Shown here: one piece after another, positions 29,214 through 39,361 of the stretch | How positions within the stretch are numbered: position 1 is the stretch's first letter | Layout of the letters: every line of letters starts with the position of its first letter | Assembly: GCA_963792945.1 (NCBI GenBank) | Contig: CAWBYM010000004.1 | Coordinates: 397,800 to 461,799 of the forward strand | Source of the DNA: an uncultured delta proteobacterium | GTDB lineage: Bacteria > Desulfobacterota > Desulfobacteria > Desulfobacterales > SG8-13 | Reading direction: 5' to 3' | DNA length: 64,000 bases | Notes under the pieces: model-generated | Database searches by the model: none | What the model saw: only the letters and a program-made list of their open reading frames with translations | What the model was told of the DNA's origin: nothing | Translations under genes and position numbers: made by a program

Positions 29214-31958
29214 ATGAAACGAGACGACTATATTCGGAAGATTGCCGTACACGGCCGTGAAGTCAACATCGTCGACATCATGCAATTGCAGTCCGATGGA
29301 CGCGCGGACATCGACCGGTTGCCGTATTCCATCCGCATCCTGGTTGAAAACCTTCTCAGAAAACTGGACGGCCGTATCGTTCGCGAAGAAGACCTTCTCG
29401 CCATTGCCCGCTGGCAGAAGGTCTACGCTGAACCGATGGAAATACCGTATCACCCGGCGCGGGTGCTGATGCAGGATTTCACCGGTGTGCCGGCCGTCGT
29501 CGATCTGGCAGCCATGCGGGATGCGGTCGAACAGCTCGGTGGCGATCCCATGAAAATCAACCCCCTGGTCCCGGTGGACCTGGTTGTGGACCATTCCGTC
29601 CAAGTGGATTACTTCGGTACCGAGGGCGCATTGACCAGGAATGTGGCCAAAGAGTACGAACGCAACGGGGAACGGTACGCGCTGCTCAAATGGGCCCAGA
29701 AGAGTTTTGACAACTTTAAGGTGGTGCCACCGAACTCGGGCATCTGCCATCAGGTGAATCTCGAGTATCTGGGACAGGTGGTCGTTACCGAGGAGAGCGC
29801 CGGGGGTGCCCTGGCCTATCCGGACACCCTGGTGGGGACCGACTCCCATACGACGATGATCGACGGCATCGGCGTGATGGGCTGGGGAGTCGGGGGCATC
29901 GAAGCCGAGGCCGTCATGCTCGGCCAGCCTTACTATATGTCGATTCCCCAGGTTGTCGGGGTTCACATGACCGGGGCACTCAACCCCGGTGTGACCGCCA
30001 CCGACCTGGTACTAGCGGTGACAGAATTGCTGCGCAATCACAACGTGGTCGAAAAATTCGTCGAATACTTCGGGCCGGGAATGAAAAAACTCACCATACC
30101 CGATCGTGCCACCATCGCCAACATGACTCCCGAGTACGGTGCAACCCTTGGTTTCTTCCCGGTGGACGAGAAAACTCTGGATTATTTGAAACTGACCAAC
30201 CGCAAGGATCAGGCCCAGATCGTGGAGGCCTATACCCGGGCGAACGGGTTGTTCTACACCGGCGATAGGGATCCGGAATACAGCGAAGTGCTCGAGTTCG
30301 ACCTGTCGACCGTCGAGCCATCGGTCGCCGGTCCGGCCCGACCTCAGGACCGGATCGTGTTGCCGAAACTGAAAGGCGCTTTTGCCGACGTCCTGGGTTG
30401 TGATTACGACCGCGATGCCGACATGGCCAACCTGTCCCAGTTCCACGACGAGTCCGGCTCCTTGACCATGCGATCCCCGGTGTGCCACCCCGTCAATCCG
30501 AGGCTCTTCGACGTCAGCCTCTTCGGGCGATCGGAGAAATTCGGTGACGGCTGCCTGGCGATTGCGGCCATCACGTCCTGCACCAACACCTCCAACCCGC
30601 ACGTGCTCATCGGCGCCGGGCTTCTGGCCCGCAAGGCGGTCGAACGCGGCCTCAAAGTGCCGGCGTATGTCAAAACATCGCTGGCTCCGGGGTCCAAGGT
30701 GGTCTTGCGCTACCTTCAAGGCGCCGGCCTGATGCCGTATTTCGAAGCCCTCGGATTTCATTTGACCGCCTTTGGCTGTACCACCTGTATCGGCAACAGC
30801 GGCCCGCTGCACCCTGAAATCGAGCGGGTCATCAATGAAAACAATCTGACCGTTGCTTCCGTTCTCTCCGGGAACCGGAACTTCGAGGCCCGGATCCATC
30901 AGAGCATCAAGGCCAATTATCTTGCCTCGCCCATGCTTGTGGTCGCATTTGCCTTAGCCGGCCGAATCGACACGGATCTGACCTTCGAGCCCGTCGGACT
31001 CGACCCCAACGGCGAACCGGTCTACCTGCAAGACATCTGGCCGTCTGCCGAAGAGATCGATGCCCTGGTGGGCAGACACGTCAAGAGGAATCACTATACG
31101 GAAGAATACGGCCGCATCTTCGACGGCGACGACTTCTGGCGGGACCTGGCCGTAGGCCAGAGCACCACCTTCAATTGGGACGGCCAGTCCACCTACATCA
31201 AACTGCCGCCGTACTTCGAAAATTTCCAGCTGGATCTCGCTCCCAGGAACGACATCGAGGGTGCCAGCGCCCTGATGGTGCTGGGCGATACCGTGACCAC
31301 CGATCACATTTCGCCCGCCGGCGCCATCCCGCCGGACTATCCCGCCGGACGCTACCTGGTCGAGAAGAATGTTTCTCCCGCAGATTTCAATTCCTACGGT
31401 TCCCGCCGCGGGAATCACGAGGTGATGATGCGCGGCACGTTCGGAAACATCCGCATTAAAAACCAGCTGGTGGCGCCGAAAGAGGGGAGTTTCACGGTTA
31501 AGTACCCAGAGCAGAAGGAGATGTACGTCTATGAGGCGGCTATGGCCTACATCGGTGAAGACAAACCGTTGATCGTCGTCAGCGGGAAAGAATACGGCAC
31601 CGGGTCTTCACGCGACTGGGCCGCCAAAGGGACGACGCTTTTGGGTGTAAAGGCGGTCATCGCCGAATCCTTCGAACGCATCCATCGCAGTAATTTGGTC
31701 GGTATGGGTGTGCTGCCGCTGGTGTATAAAAATGGCGCCACAGCTAAGAGTATCGGATTAAAAGGGGATGAAACATTCACCATCAAGGGGGCGGCCGATA
31801 TGACACCCCGGAAGACCCTTCAGGTAAAAGCCGTAAGGCCGGACGGGACGATTGTCGAATTCGAAGTGACCTCCCGGCTGGACACCGAAGTGGATGTCGA
31901 TTACTACACGCATGGGGGAATTCTTCCGTTTGTACTCCGGAAATTGATGAAGAAGTGA
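29214..31958 (+). CDS. acnA: aconitate hydratase A
   Basis: 914 aa with hallmark aconitase segments (PARVLMQDFTGVPAVVDLAAMR, DSHTTMI, CTTCIGNSG, SGNRNFEGR-like SGNRNFEAR). Confidence 0.95.
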   Translation: MKRDDYIRKIAVHGREVNIVDIMQLQSDGRADIDRLPYSIRILVENLLRKLDGRIVREEDLLAIARWQKVYAEPMEIPYHPARVLMQDFTGVPAVVDLAAMRDAVEQLGGDPMKINPLVPVDLVVDHSVQVDYFGTEGALTRNVAKEYERNGERYALLKWAQKSFDNFKVVPPNSGICHQVNLEYLGQVVVTEESAGGALAYPDTLVGTDSHTTMIDGIGVMGWGVGGIEAEAVMLGQPYYMSIPQVVGVHMTGALNPGVTATDLVLAVTELLRNHNVVEKFVEYFGPGMKKLTIPDRATIANMTPEYGATLGFFPVDEKTLDYLKLTNRKDQAQIVEAYTRANGLFYTGDRDPEYSEVLEFDLSTVEPSVAGPARPQDRIVLPKLKGAFADVLGCDYDRDADMANLSQFHDESGSLTMRSPVCHPVNPRLFDVSLFGRSEKFGDGCLAIAAITSCTNTSNPHVLIGAGLLARKAVERGLKVPAYVKTSLAPGSKVVLRYLQGAGLMPYFEALGFHLTAFGCTTCIGNSGPLHPEIERVINENNLTVASVLSGNRNFEARIHQSIKANYLASPMLVVAFALAGRIDTDLTFEPVGLDPNGEPVYLQDIWPSAEEIDALVGRHVKRNHYTEEYGRIFDGDDFWRDLAVGQSTTFNWDGQSTYIKLPPYFENFQLDLAPRNDIEGASALMVLGDTVTTDHISPAGAIPPDYPAGRYLVEKNVSPADFNSYGSRRGNHEVMMRGTFGNIRIKNQLVAPKEGSFTVKYPEQKEMYVYEAAMAYIGEDKPLIVVSGKEYGTGSSRDWAAKGTTLLGVKAVIAESFERIHRSNLVGMGVLPLVYKNGATAKSIGLKGDETFTIKGAADMTPRKTLQVKAVRPDGTIVEFEVTSRLDTEVDVDYYTHGGILPFVLRKLMKK

Positions 31959-32038
31959 ACGCTGCCCTACATGTGAGACTATGAACTGCAAAGGCGGCAT
32001 CTTTCGGTGTTTGCCGAGATTCAGAAAGGAACGCTTTC

Positions 32039-33280
32039 ATGGCCCATACCCTGAAAAGGCCCCGGCCCCGGGTTCCAACGGCACTGCTGGTGTTGATCTT
32101 CGGTCTGTTCTGTATTCCGGAGCCCATGCCTGCCGCCGCCAACAGCTGGGAAGACATCCTTCAGCGGGCCAAAGGACAGACAATCGACTGGTATATGTGG
32201 GGAGGTTTTCCCAGCACCAATGCTTATGTCAACGGGTATGTCGCTCCGGCCGTGAAGCAGAGATTCGGAATCACTCTGCGCCAGGTTCCGGTCACCGATA
32301 TCTCCGAGGTCATCAGCAAACTGCTGGTCGAAAAACAGGCCGGCAAGGATGCGGACGGCCAAGCCGATCTGCTCTGGATCAACGGAGAAAACTTTCGCAC
32401 GGCCAAGCGCAACGGACTGCTGTACGGCCCCTTTGCCGATCGGCTGCCGCATCAGCGGTTGGTCGACTGGAGTCGTCCATCGGTTTACAACGATTTCGGC
32501 GAACCCGTGGAAAATCTCGAGTCTCCGTGGGGCAGTGCTCAGGTCGTCATGATTTACGACAGTGCGCGTACGCCGAATCCGCCCCGTACCATGAAAGATC
32601 TACTCGGTTGGGTGCGCAGCCATCCCGGTCGGTTTACTTACCCGGCACCGCCGGATTTTACCGGTTCGGTGTTTGTCCGCCATGTTTTTTACCATGTCGG
32701 CGGAGATGTCTCTGCCTGGCAGGGGCCTTTGGATGAAAACCGGTTCCTATCGGTATCGGCTGAATGCTTCGGCCTGCTTCGCGAACTGGCACCGTTCCTT
32801 TGGCGCGGTGGCCGGACGTACCCGGAAACCCCCGAACGACTCTCACAGCTTTTTGCCGACGGTGAGGTTGATTTCGCCATCAGCTATCATCCGGCGGAAG
32901 CCTCGAAAAAAATCAGCGACGGCCTTTTCCCGGAATCGGTTAGGACCTACGTGTTCGAAGAAGGAACCATCAGCAACACCCATTTCCTGGCGATTCCCTT
33001 CAACGCCGCGCACAAGGAAGGGGCCATGGTGGTGGCCGATTTCCTGTTATCACCTGAAGCTCAACTCCAAAAAGCAGACCCTTCCGTATGGGGGGATTTT
33101 CCCGCCATAGACGTCAAACGTCTCAATCCGCAGTGGCAGGCCAGATTCGCCGAGCTTCCGCGAGGCATCGCCACTCTGCCCGACGATGTGCTGCAGAGCC
33201 ACCAACTTCCCGAACCACCGTCGGAAATACTGATCCGTCTCGAAAAAGGATGGGATGATCAGGTGTTGAGGAAAAGATGA
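32039..33280 (+). CDS. ABC transporter periplasmic substrate-binding protein (YnjB-like)
   Basis: 413 aa, signal peptide followed by a type-2 SBP-like sequence. First gene of a 4-gene ABC operon with overlapping stops and starts. Confidence 0.8.
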   Translation: MAHTLKRPRPRVPTALLVLIFGLFCIPEPMPAAANSWEDILQRAKGQTIDWYMWGGFPSTNAYVNGYVAPAVKQRFGITLRQVPVTDISEVISKLLVEKQAGKDADGQADLLWINGENFRTAKRNGLLYGPFADRLPHQRLVDWSRPSVYNDFGEPVENLESPWGSAQVVMIYDSARTPNPPRTMKDLLGWVRSHPGRFTYPAPPDFTGSVFVRHVFYHVGGDVSAWQGPLDENRFLSVSAECFGLLRELAPFLWRGGRTYPETPERLSQLFADGEVDFAISYHPAEASKKISDGLFPESVRTYVFEEGTISNTHFLAIPFNAAHKEGAMVVADFLLSPEAQLQKADPSVWGDFPAIDVKRLNPQWQARFAELPRGIATLPDDVLQSHQLPEPPSEILIRLEKGWDDQVLRKR

Positions 33281-34188
33281 TCACCACTGATTTGGACCCG
33301 GATGCCCGGACCCGGACCGGTCCGGGTTTTGCCGTATTGGCGTCGCTTCTCGCACCGGCCCTGCTGATGGTCCTGGTGTTGTTTGGGGGAGGTCTTTTCC
33401 TGGGGGGGATCCAGAGTCTCGGTTATCTGCCGTCAGCCGGTATGACCGACTATACTCTGAGGCATTTCAGCAATGTCATCGCAGATCCGGACTTTCTGAA
33501 AAACCTTGGGCTGACGATCTACATCTCTTCGGTGTCGACGGTGGTCGCGGCGGCTCTCGGAGTCCTGGCGGCGCTTGCCATGACCGGTTACCGGCCCACC
33601 CGGCGTCTGGTCGACTTTGTGTTTCAAATTCCTTTGACGGTTCCTCATCTGGTCGTCGCCACGGCCGTCATCTTCCTATTGGCTCCCAGCGGGCTGGTAT
33701 CGAGGGCCTTGGAGGCCATCGGACTGATCGACGGCCCGGCCCAGTTCCCTCTGATGATCAACGATTCCTGGGGGGTGGGGATCATCATCACCTATGTCTG
33801 GAAAGAGGTGCCGTTCATCACCTTGATGATCCTGGCGGTGCTGAACAACCGGGGAGCGGAGCTTCTCGAAGCCGCCCGCACGCTCCACGCCAACCGGTGG
33901 CAGCGGTTTCGCTACGTGGTGCTGCCGATTATCTTTCCCAGTCTAGGCGCGGCCTGCCTGATCGTCTTCGCTTACACCTTCGGAGCATTCGAGGTGCCGT
34001 ATCTGCTCGGACAGACTTACCCCATGACCATGCCGGTTTGGGCGTATCGGAATTTCAGCGATATCGACCTCATGGCGCGGCCCGAAGGCATCGCCACCGG
34101 TTTGATCATCACCGCCGTCGTCGCGGTCGCGATCGTTCTCTCCCAGGTGTTGATCCAGGTCGCCCGCCGCCGGGGGGCCGTTCTATGA
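33277..34188 (+). CDS. ABC transporter permease
   Basis: 303 aa, a BPD-type permease with an EAA loop (LEAARTLHANRWQRFRYVVLP). Its start overlaps the upstream stop. Confidence 0.85.
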   Translation: MITTDLDPDARTRTGPGFAVLASLLAPALLMVLVLFGGGLFLGGIQSLGYLPSAGMTDYTLRHFSNVIADPDFLKNLGLTIYISSVSTVVAAALGVLAALAMTGYRPTRRLVDFVFQIPLTVPHLVVATAVIFLLAPSGLVSRALEAIGLIDGPAQFPLMINDSWGVGIIITYVWKEVPFITLMILAVLNNRGAELLEAARTLHANRWQRFRYVVLPIIFPSLGAACLIVFAYTFGAFEVPYLLGQTYPMTMPVWAYRNFSDIDLMARPEGIATGLIITAVVAVAIVLSQVLIQVARRRGAVL

Positions 34189-34979
34189 AATCCGTGAACC
34201 GATACCTTCTCGCAGGGCTGGTTTTCTTTGTGGTCGGTTTGCCGTTCGGCCAACTTCTCATCTGGTCGTTCAGCGCCCACTGGTTCTATCCCGGTCTCCT
34301 CCCCCAGTCGTGGGGCCTGCGCGCCTGGCAGTATATCTTCGGAACGGCCGGCCACCAAATCATCGGTGCTGTACTGCAGAGCACCGCCGTCGGAGGGGCT
34401 ACGGCAACCGTCGCGCTCCTGGTCGGCTTTCCGGCCGGCCGCGCACTCGGTCTTTACGCTTTCAAAGGCAAAGACCTGATTTCGGTGATGCTGACACTGC
34501 CGGTCATCGTTCCTCCGCTGTGCGTCGCCATGGGGCTGCACCTCTGGTTCATCCGGCTGGGATTGACCGAAACGTTCCTTGGGGTGGTTCTTGTACACAC
34601 CACCTTTTGTCTGCCTTATGCCGTTTTCGTGATGTGGGGGGTGTTCTCGAATTACAATCCCGACTACGAAGAACAGGCCCGATCTCTCGGCGCCAGGCCG
34701 GCCGCGGTCGTCTGGAGGATCATGTTGCCCATGACGCTGCCCGGAATCGTCGTGGCATCCCTGTTTTCGTTTCTATTGTCCTGGAGCCAGTATTTGGCGA
34801 CTCTCATTATCGGCGGTGGGAAAATCACGACCCTGCCTGTGATCCTCTTCGCGCTGATGGCCAGCGGCGACCGTCCGGTGGCCGCTGCGGTCAGTATCGT
34901 CTTTGTCGTTCCGGCCTTCCTGGCGCTGCTTTTCAGTGCCCGGTATCTCGGTCGGCGAAGCATGGCGGGGGTCTGGTGA
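34185..34979 (+). CDS. ABC transporter permease
   Basis: ORF 33897..34979 trimmed to the ATG at 34185 (ATGA overlap with the upstream stop). MKSVNRYLLAGLVFFVVGLPF, with EAA loop EEQARSLGARPAAVVWRIMLP. Confidence 0.85.
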   Translation: MKSVNRYLLAGLVFFVVGLPFGQLLIWSFSAHWFYPGLLPQSWGLRAWQYIFGTAGHQIIGAVLQSTAVGGATATVALLVGFPAGRALGLYAFKGKDLISVMLTLPVIVPPLCVAMGLHLWFIRLGLTETFLGVVLVHTTFCLPYAVFVMWGVFSNYNPDYEEQARSLGARPAAVVWRIMLPMTLPGIVVASLFSFLLSWSQYLATLIIGGGKITTLPVILFALMASGDRPVAAAVSIVFVVPAFLALLFSARYLGRRSMAGVW

Positions 34980-36016
34980 TGGGTGAACTGCATCTGAAAC
35001 ACCTTTCGATCCGCTACGGCCGGCATCAGGTAGTCGACGATTTCAGCCTCACGGTCGCAGACGGTGAAATGGTATCGATTCTGGGTCCCAGCGGGGCCGG
35101 CAAAACCACGATCCTTAAAGCCGTGGCCGGTTTGGTCGACACGGCCGCCGGTGAAGTGTGGCTCGACGGCCGGCGGCTCGACGGCGTTCCTCCGGAGAAA
35201 CGCAACACGGTCATGGTCTTCCAGAAACCTCTGTTATTTCCTTTTCTCAACGTTTTTCAGAATATCGGCTTCGGTCTGCGGATGCATCGATTGGCGGCGA
35301 ACGAGGTCAACGAGAAGGTGCGGCATATTCTGGACCTCACCCGGCTCTCGGGACTCGGCGGGCGGAAGGTTCACGAACTCTCCGGCGGACAGCAGCAGCG
35401 GGTGAGCCTGGCACGGGCTCTGGTTTTGGAGCCGGACGTGTTGCTGCTGGACGAACCCTTGAGCAATCTGGATGCCAACCTGCGGCAGCGGATGCGGGAG
35501 TTGATCTGCAAGGTTCAGGAAAAAACCGGAATCACGACCCTGTTCGTCACCCATGATCAAACCGAGGCTCTGGTCATGTCCCACCGCGTAACATTACTGC
35601 TGAACGGTCGGCTGCGGCAAGTCGGCACACCCCAGGAGCTTTACTATCAACCGGCCGACAAAGGCGTTGCCCGGTTTTTCGGTGGAGTGAATTTCTTCGA
35701 CGGCCGTTTCAGGAACGGCTGTTTCAGCACCGTTTTCGGGGATTTCCCACTGACCAGATCGGCCGGGAACGGAAGGCCGGTGACGGCGACGATCCGTCCG
35801 GAAGATATTCTGATTTCAACAGACAACCATTTTGACCTGGTCGGACGGGTCGAGCGAACCCATTTTGAAGGCATGGCCACCCGCTTGTGGGTGAGGTGCC
35901 GCGGAGACCGGCTGGAGGTGCTGGCCGGCAGGGGCGAGTATTATCAGGGGCAGACCGTACGGCTGCGTCTTCCCCCCGAACGGATCCGGGTCTTTCCGCC
36001 GGAAGCAAAAGGATAG
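34979..36016 (+). CDS. ABC transporter ATP-binding protein with C-terminal TOBE-like domain
   Basis: ORF 34310..36016 trimmed to the ATG at 34979 (TGATG overlap). Walker A GPSGAGKTT, signature LSGGQQQRV, Walker B LLLDEPLSNLD and H-loop VTHD. Confidence 0.9.
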   Translation: MGELHLKHLSIRYGRHQVVDDFSLTVADGEMVSILGPSGAGKTTILKAVAGLVDTAAGEVWLDGRRLDGVPPEKRNTVMVFQKPLLFPFLNVFQNIGFGLRMHRLAANEVNEKVRHILDLTRLSGLGGRKVHELSGGQQQRVSLARALVLEPDVLLLDEPLSNLDANLRQRMRELICKVQEKTGITTLFVTHDQTEALVMSHRVTLLLNGRLRQVGTPQELYYQPADKGVARFFGGVNFFDGRFRNGCFSTVFGDFPLTRSAGNGRPVTATIRPEDILISTDNHFDLVGRVERTHFEGMATRLWVRCRGDRLEVLAGRGEYYQGQTVRLRLPPERIRVFPPEAKG

Positions 36017-36127
36017 CCGCTATTAAAGTTTTGCCTGCTTTTTTAACCGGCAGGTAAGCCTTCCAAGCGGCTTCATGTTACAGACGTGCCGACGCAACGG
36101 CTTCACCCGGCCAAACGGTGCCGCCAT

Positions 36128-37159
36128 ATGCCATCGCTGCAGGACATACTGCCCAAGGCACAGGCCTACCTCGATAGCCGACACGGGGATGATGTTTCGA
36201 TCTTGGGCGGTCGTCGTTACAGGCTCGCGCCGCTGGCCCAGGGGGAGTACAATCTCAATTACATGATGACGGAGGCGTCGAGCGGCGTAAAGCTCGTCTT
36301 CCGGGTGAACATCGGCTCCCAGATCGATCGCCCCGATCAGATCGACTATGAGTACCGGGCATTGAAACTGCTCGAAAACAGCGGGGTTACCCCGAGACCG
36401 TTTTACGTGGACGACACCCGCAAGGGTATGGACCATGGGGTGATCATTATGGAATACCTTCCAGGCGAACCGTTGGATTACCGCCGCGACACGGATGCCG
36501 CCGCCCATCTGTTTGCCGTCGTTCACCAGGTCGAGGTCGAAGAAGAAAACAATCACCTGATCCGTGAAGATGCACCGTTGAGCTTTATCTACGATGAGTG
36601 CAAAGGCCTCTTGCAGAGCTACTTCGATTCTGCCCTGGCCGATGGGAGTATCCGCGACTACCTCAAGCAAGTGATTCAGTGGGCGGATGAGGCACGGCAC
36701 AGGGAGGCTTATTTCCAGGAAGACCCGTGGTGCTGCATTGTCAACACCGAGGTCAATTCGGGAAATTTCATTGTCAACCGAAAGCCGGGAACCATCCATC
36801 TCGTCGACTGGGAAATGCCGCGCTGGGGTGATCCTTCCCAGGATATATCCCATTTCTGCTCTCCCCTGACCACCCTGTGGAAAACGACTTATCGCATGAC
36901 CTCAATGTCGAAGGCGGCATTCATCGACACCTATCGCCGAGAGATGAAAGATGCCCATCTGAGGGATACCCTGCTGGATCGCATCCGGCTGCGCGATCCG
37001 TTCGTCTATCTGAGGGGGATATCCTGGTCCGCCATGGGCTGGGTGGCGTATCAGACCGAATTTGCCGGCATGAAGAATCCCGACACCTGGCAAACGCTGC
37101 AACGCTATATGAACCTACCTTTCATTCGCAGTCTCTTCGATCCGTTCCTGGAGAAGTAA
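36128..37159 (+). CDS. aminoglycoside phosphotransferase / choline-kinase (APH) family kinase
   Basis: About 343 aa, with the Brenner-type catalytic region NTEVNSGNFIV.....IHLVDWE and a protein-kinase-like N-lobe. Start choice is uncertain (ATG 36128 versus GTG 36086). Confidence 0.75.
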   Translation: MPSLQDILPKAQAYLDSRHGDDVSILGGRRYRLAPLAQGEYNLNYMMTEASSGVKLVFRVNIGSQIDRPDQIDYEYRALKLLENSGVTPRPFYVDDTRKGMDHGVIIMEYLPGEPLDYRRDTDAAAHLFAVVHQVEVEEENNHLIREDAPLSFIYDECKGLLQSYFDSALADGSIRDYLKQVIQWADEARHREAYFQEDPWCCIVNTEVNSGNFIVNRKPGTIHLVDWEMPRWGDPSQDISHFCSPLTTLWKTTYRMTSMSKAAFIDTYRREMKDAHLRDTLLDRIRLRDPFVYLRGISWSAMGWVAYQTEFAGMKNPDTWQTLQRYMNLPFIRSLFDPFLEK

Positions 37160-37221
37160 TGCCTGTTCTCCAGCGATACTGGACTGCCGCAGGGCGCCAC
37201 AATTCTATTGCCATGACCTAA

Positions 37222-37632
37222 GTGGTCATTAATTCTAGGTTAATGCCGTGGCTCTTTGAGTCGACCATTACCAACGTCTCACCGGCTTCACGGGCACTGG
37301 CCTTGGGGACCAAGGCGGCTGGCTCGCAGTCTGTTACCGTAACAAACCTGAATATGACCTGGCCGCCCGGCGTGTACTCTCTTTCGCATGTGGCGATACC
37401 ATTCTCTCCCGACGACCCGATCTATGGATCACCTGAAAACCCAGGTAGCCCTCATAAAGGACTGCCTATTGACAGACTTCAGCCGCGAGGGGAGACCGAG
37501 TACCCGACCGCTCCGCTAAGCCAACTCATGCGGCTTCGTCATAACCCGTTTTTCGCCTATGTCGAGCAACGGGTATTATCTTTCATTCATCAAGTGCCGG
37601 GTCGAAGTCGTGAACCGACACTTGGAAAATGA
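37222..37632 (+). CDS. doubtful ORFan (136 aa) in a poorly explained 780-bp region
   Basis: This and the 63-aa ORF 37738..37929 are the only listed ORFs in 37160..37937, both on the plus strand. No convincing SD, no recognisable family, and third-position GC declines along the ORF. Confidence 0.2.
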   Translation: MVINSRLMPWLFESTITNVSPASRALALGTKAAGSQSVTVTNLNMTWPPGVYSLSHVAIPFSPDDPIYGSPENPGSPHKGLPIDRLQPRGETEYPTAPLSQLMRLRHNPFFAYVEQRVLSFIHQVPGRSREPTLGK

Positions 37633-37937
37633 TGGGTTTGTAGGGGATCGACAATACGTCAAGTTTCAGGCAATCGTGTCTCGGGCTCACGACATTTTTA
37701 CGGCTATGAGAAGCACTGCCACCGGTCGGATTTAGCCTTGTGGTGCCAAGCGGCTTGCGGCCTTGACACTCGGGGTCAAATGGTCAAGAATTGTTCCCCT
37801 AAGGATGCGCCTCCTATGAACCAATGCGATGGTAATGTCCCTATCGATTTTGGAGCGGCAGGTATGATCAAAGGATTCGGCCGGAACGGACGGCCACTGA
37901 GCAAGGCGCATTATGCCGCCAGGATATAGAGCACCCT

Positions 37938-39275
37938 ATGCCCCCCTTATCCCCTGACCATCTGATTGTCTTTACCCGCTACCCCGAGGCCGGCGTGACG
38001 AAGACCCGTCTCATACCGGTTTTGGGGGCCGAGGGCGCTGCGGCGTTGCAGCGGCGTATGACCGAGCGGCTGCTGCGCGAACTAAAACCGCTTATCCTGT
38101 CACGTTCCTTGCACGTCGAAGTTCGCTTTGCCGGAGGGAGCCCAAAGAAGATGCAACGGTGGCTTGGTCCCGGCTACACTTACACGCCCCAAGGAAGCGG
38201 GGGACTCGGGCAAAGGTTGGAAACCGCCCTTCATGAGGGCTTTTCAGCCGGTGCGAAAGCCGTGGTCGTCATCGGCACAGATATACCGGGAATCACCGCG
38301 CGTATCATCGATTCGGCCTACGATTCGCTGGGGCGCTGGGATGTCGTTTTCGGTCCGGCCGCTGACGGCGGCTACTATCTGATCGGTTTGCACCAGTCTT
38401 CTGCTGCCAGGGCGCTGCCCCACGTTTTTACCGATATTCCCTGGGGTACGAACCGGGTGATGGCTCTCTCTCAGGAAAAAGCGGCCGGCCTGGGGTTGTC
38501 CGTTTCTTTGACGCCGTTTCTTTCCGATGTGGACCGTCCGGAAGACTTGTCTGTCTGGGAGGATCTGACCGGCGAAAACGTCCTCAGGACAGACTCCCGT
38601 CGGATATCGGTCATCATTCCCGCACTCGATGAAGCCGGTTGTATAACGGCAACGATTCGAGGCGCCCAACATGCCGAAAACGTCGAGATCATTGTTGTCG
38701 ACGGCGGCAGCCGGGATGGTACGCAGGACCTTGCCCGAGCTGCCGGTGCAACGGTATTGTCCTCCGCACCGCCGCGATCTTGCCAGATGAACGTTGGTGC
38801 GGCATTCTCGAATGGCGGAGTTCTGCTTTTTTTGCACGCCGATACGTGTTTGCCCGAAGGGTACGCCGAACTGGTCCGCCGATGTCTGGCCGGGTCGGAT
38901 TCGGTTGCCGGCGCTTTCGCACTGCGGATCGATTCCCCCAGGAGGTCGATGCGCATCATGGAACAGGTGGCCAACTGGCGGTCACGGTACCTCAAAAAGC
39001 CCTATGGGGATCAAGCGCTCTTCATGACGACCGCGAGATTCCACGCTGTCGGCGGTTTTCCCGCGATACCGATCATGGAAGACTTCGAGATCGTCCGTCG
39101 TCTGGGTCAAGGGGGCCGGATTACCATCCTTTCGGCATCCGTTACCACCTCGGCCCGGCGCTGGCTCCAAATGGGGGTTTGGCGGACGTGGCTTGTCAAC
39201 CAGGCGATGGTTGTCGCTTATTTCTGCGGTATCGCTCCCCGTGTGCTCGCCCGGTTCTATCGGGGACACCGCTGA
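37938..39275 (+). CDS. fusion protein: DUF2064/CofC-like nucleotidyl-transferase-fold domain plus family-2 glycosyltransferase domain
   Basis: 445 aa. The N-terminal half (LIVFTRYPEAGVTKTRL..VVIGTDIP..DGGYYLIG) is DUF2064-like. The C-terminal half, from about nt 38600 (ISVIIPALDEAG..VVDGGSRDGT), is GT2-like. I recall these as the paired TIGR04282/TIGR04283 families. Confidence 0.75.
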   Translation: MPPLSPDHLIVFTRYPEAGVTKTRLIPVLGAEGAAALQRRMTERLLRELKPLILSRSLHVEVRFAGGSPKKMQRWLGPGYTYTPQGSGGLGQRLETALHEGFSAGAKAVVVIGTDIPGITARIIDSAYDSLGRWDVVFGPAADGGYYLIGLHQSSAARALPHVFTDIPWGTNRVMALSQEKAAGLGLSVSLTPFLSDVDRPEDLSVWEDLTGENVLRTDSRRISVIIPALDEAGCITATIRGAQHAENVEIIVVDGGSRDGTQDLARAAGATVLSSAPPRSCQMNVGAAFSNGGVLLFLHADTCLPEGYAELVRRCLAGSDSVAGAFALRIDSPRRSMRIMEQVANWRSRYLKKPYGDQALFMTTARFHAVGGFPAIPIMEDFEIVRRLGQGGRITILSASVTTSARRWLQMGVWRTWLVNQAMVVAYFCGIAPRVLARFYRGHR

Positions 39276-39361
39276 CATGCCCGTTTCCCAGCCGGCCGGA
39301 TGAACGAATGAAGTCGATGGGATGGGGCGGACGGTTCCGCCGGGAAGATATTTCAGCCGCA

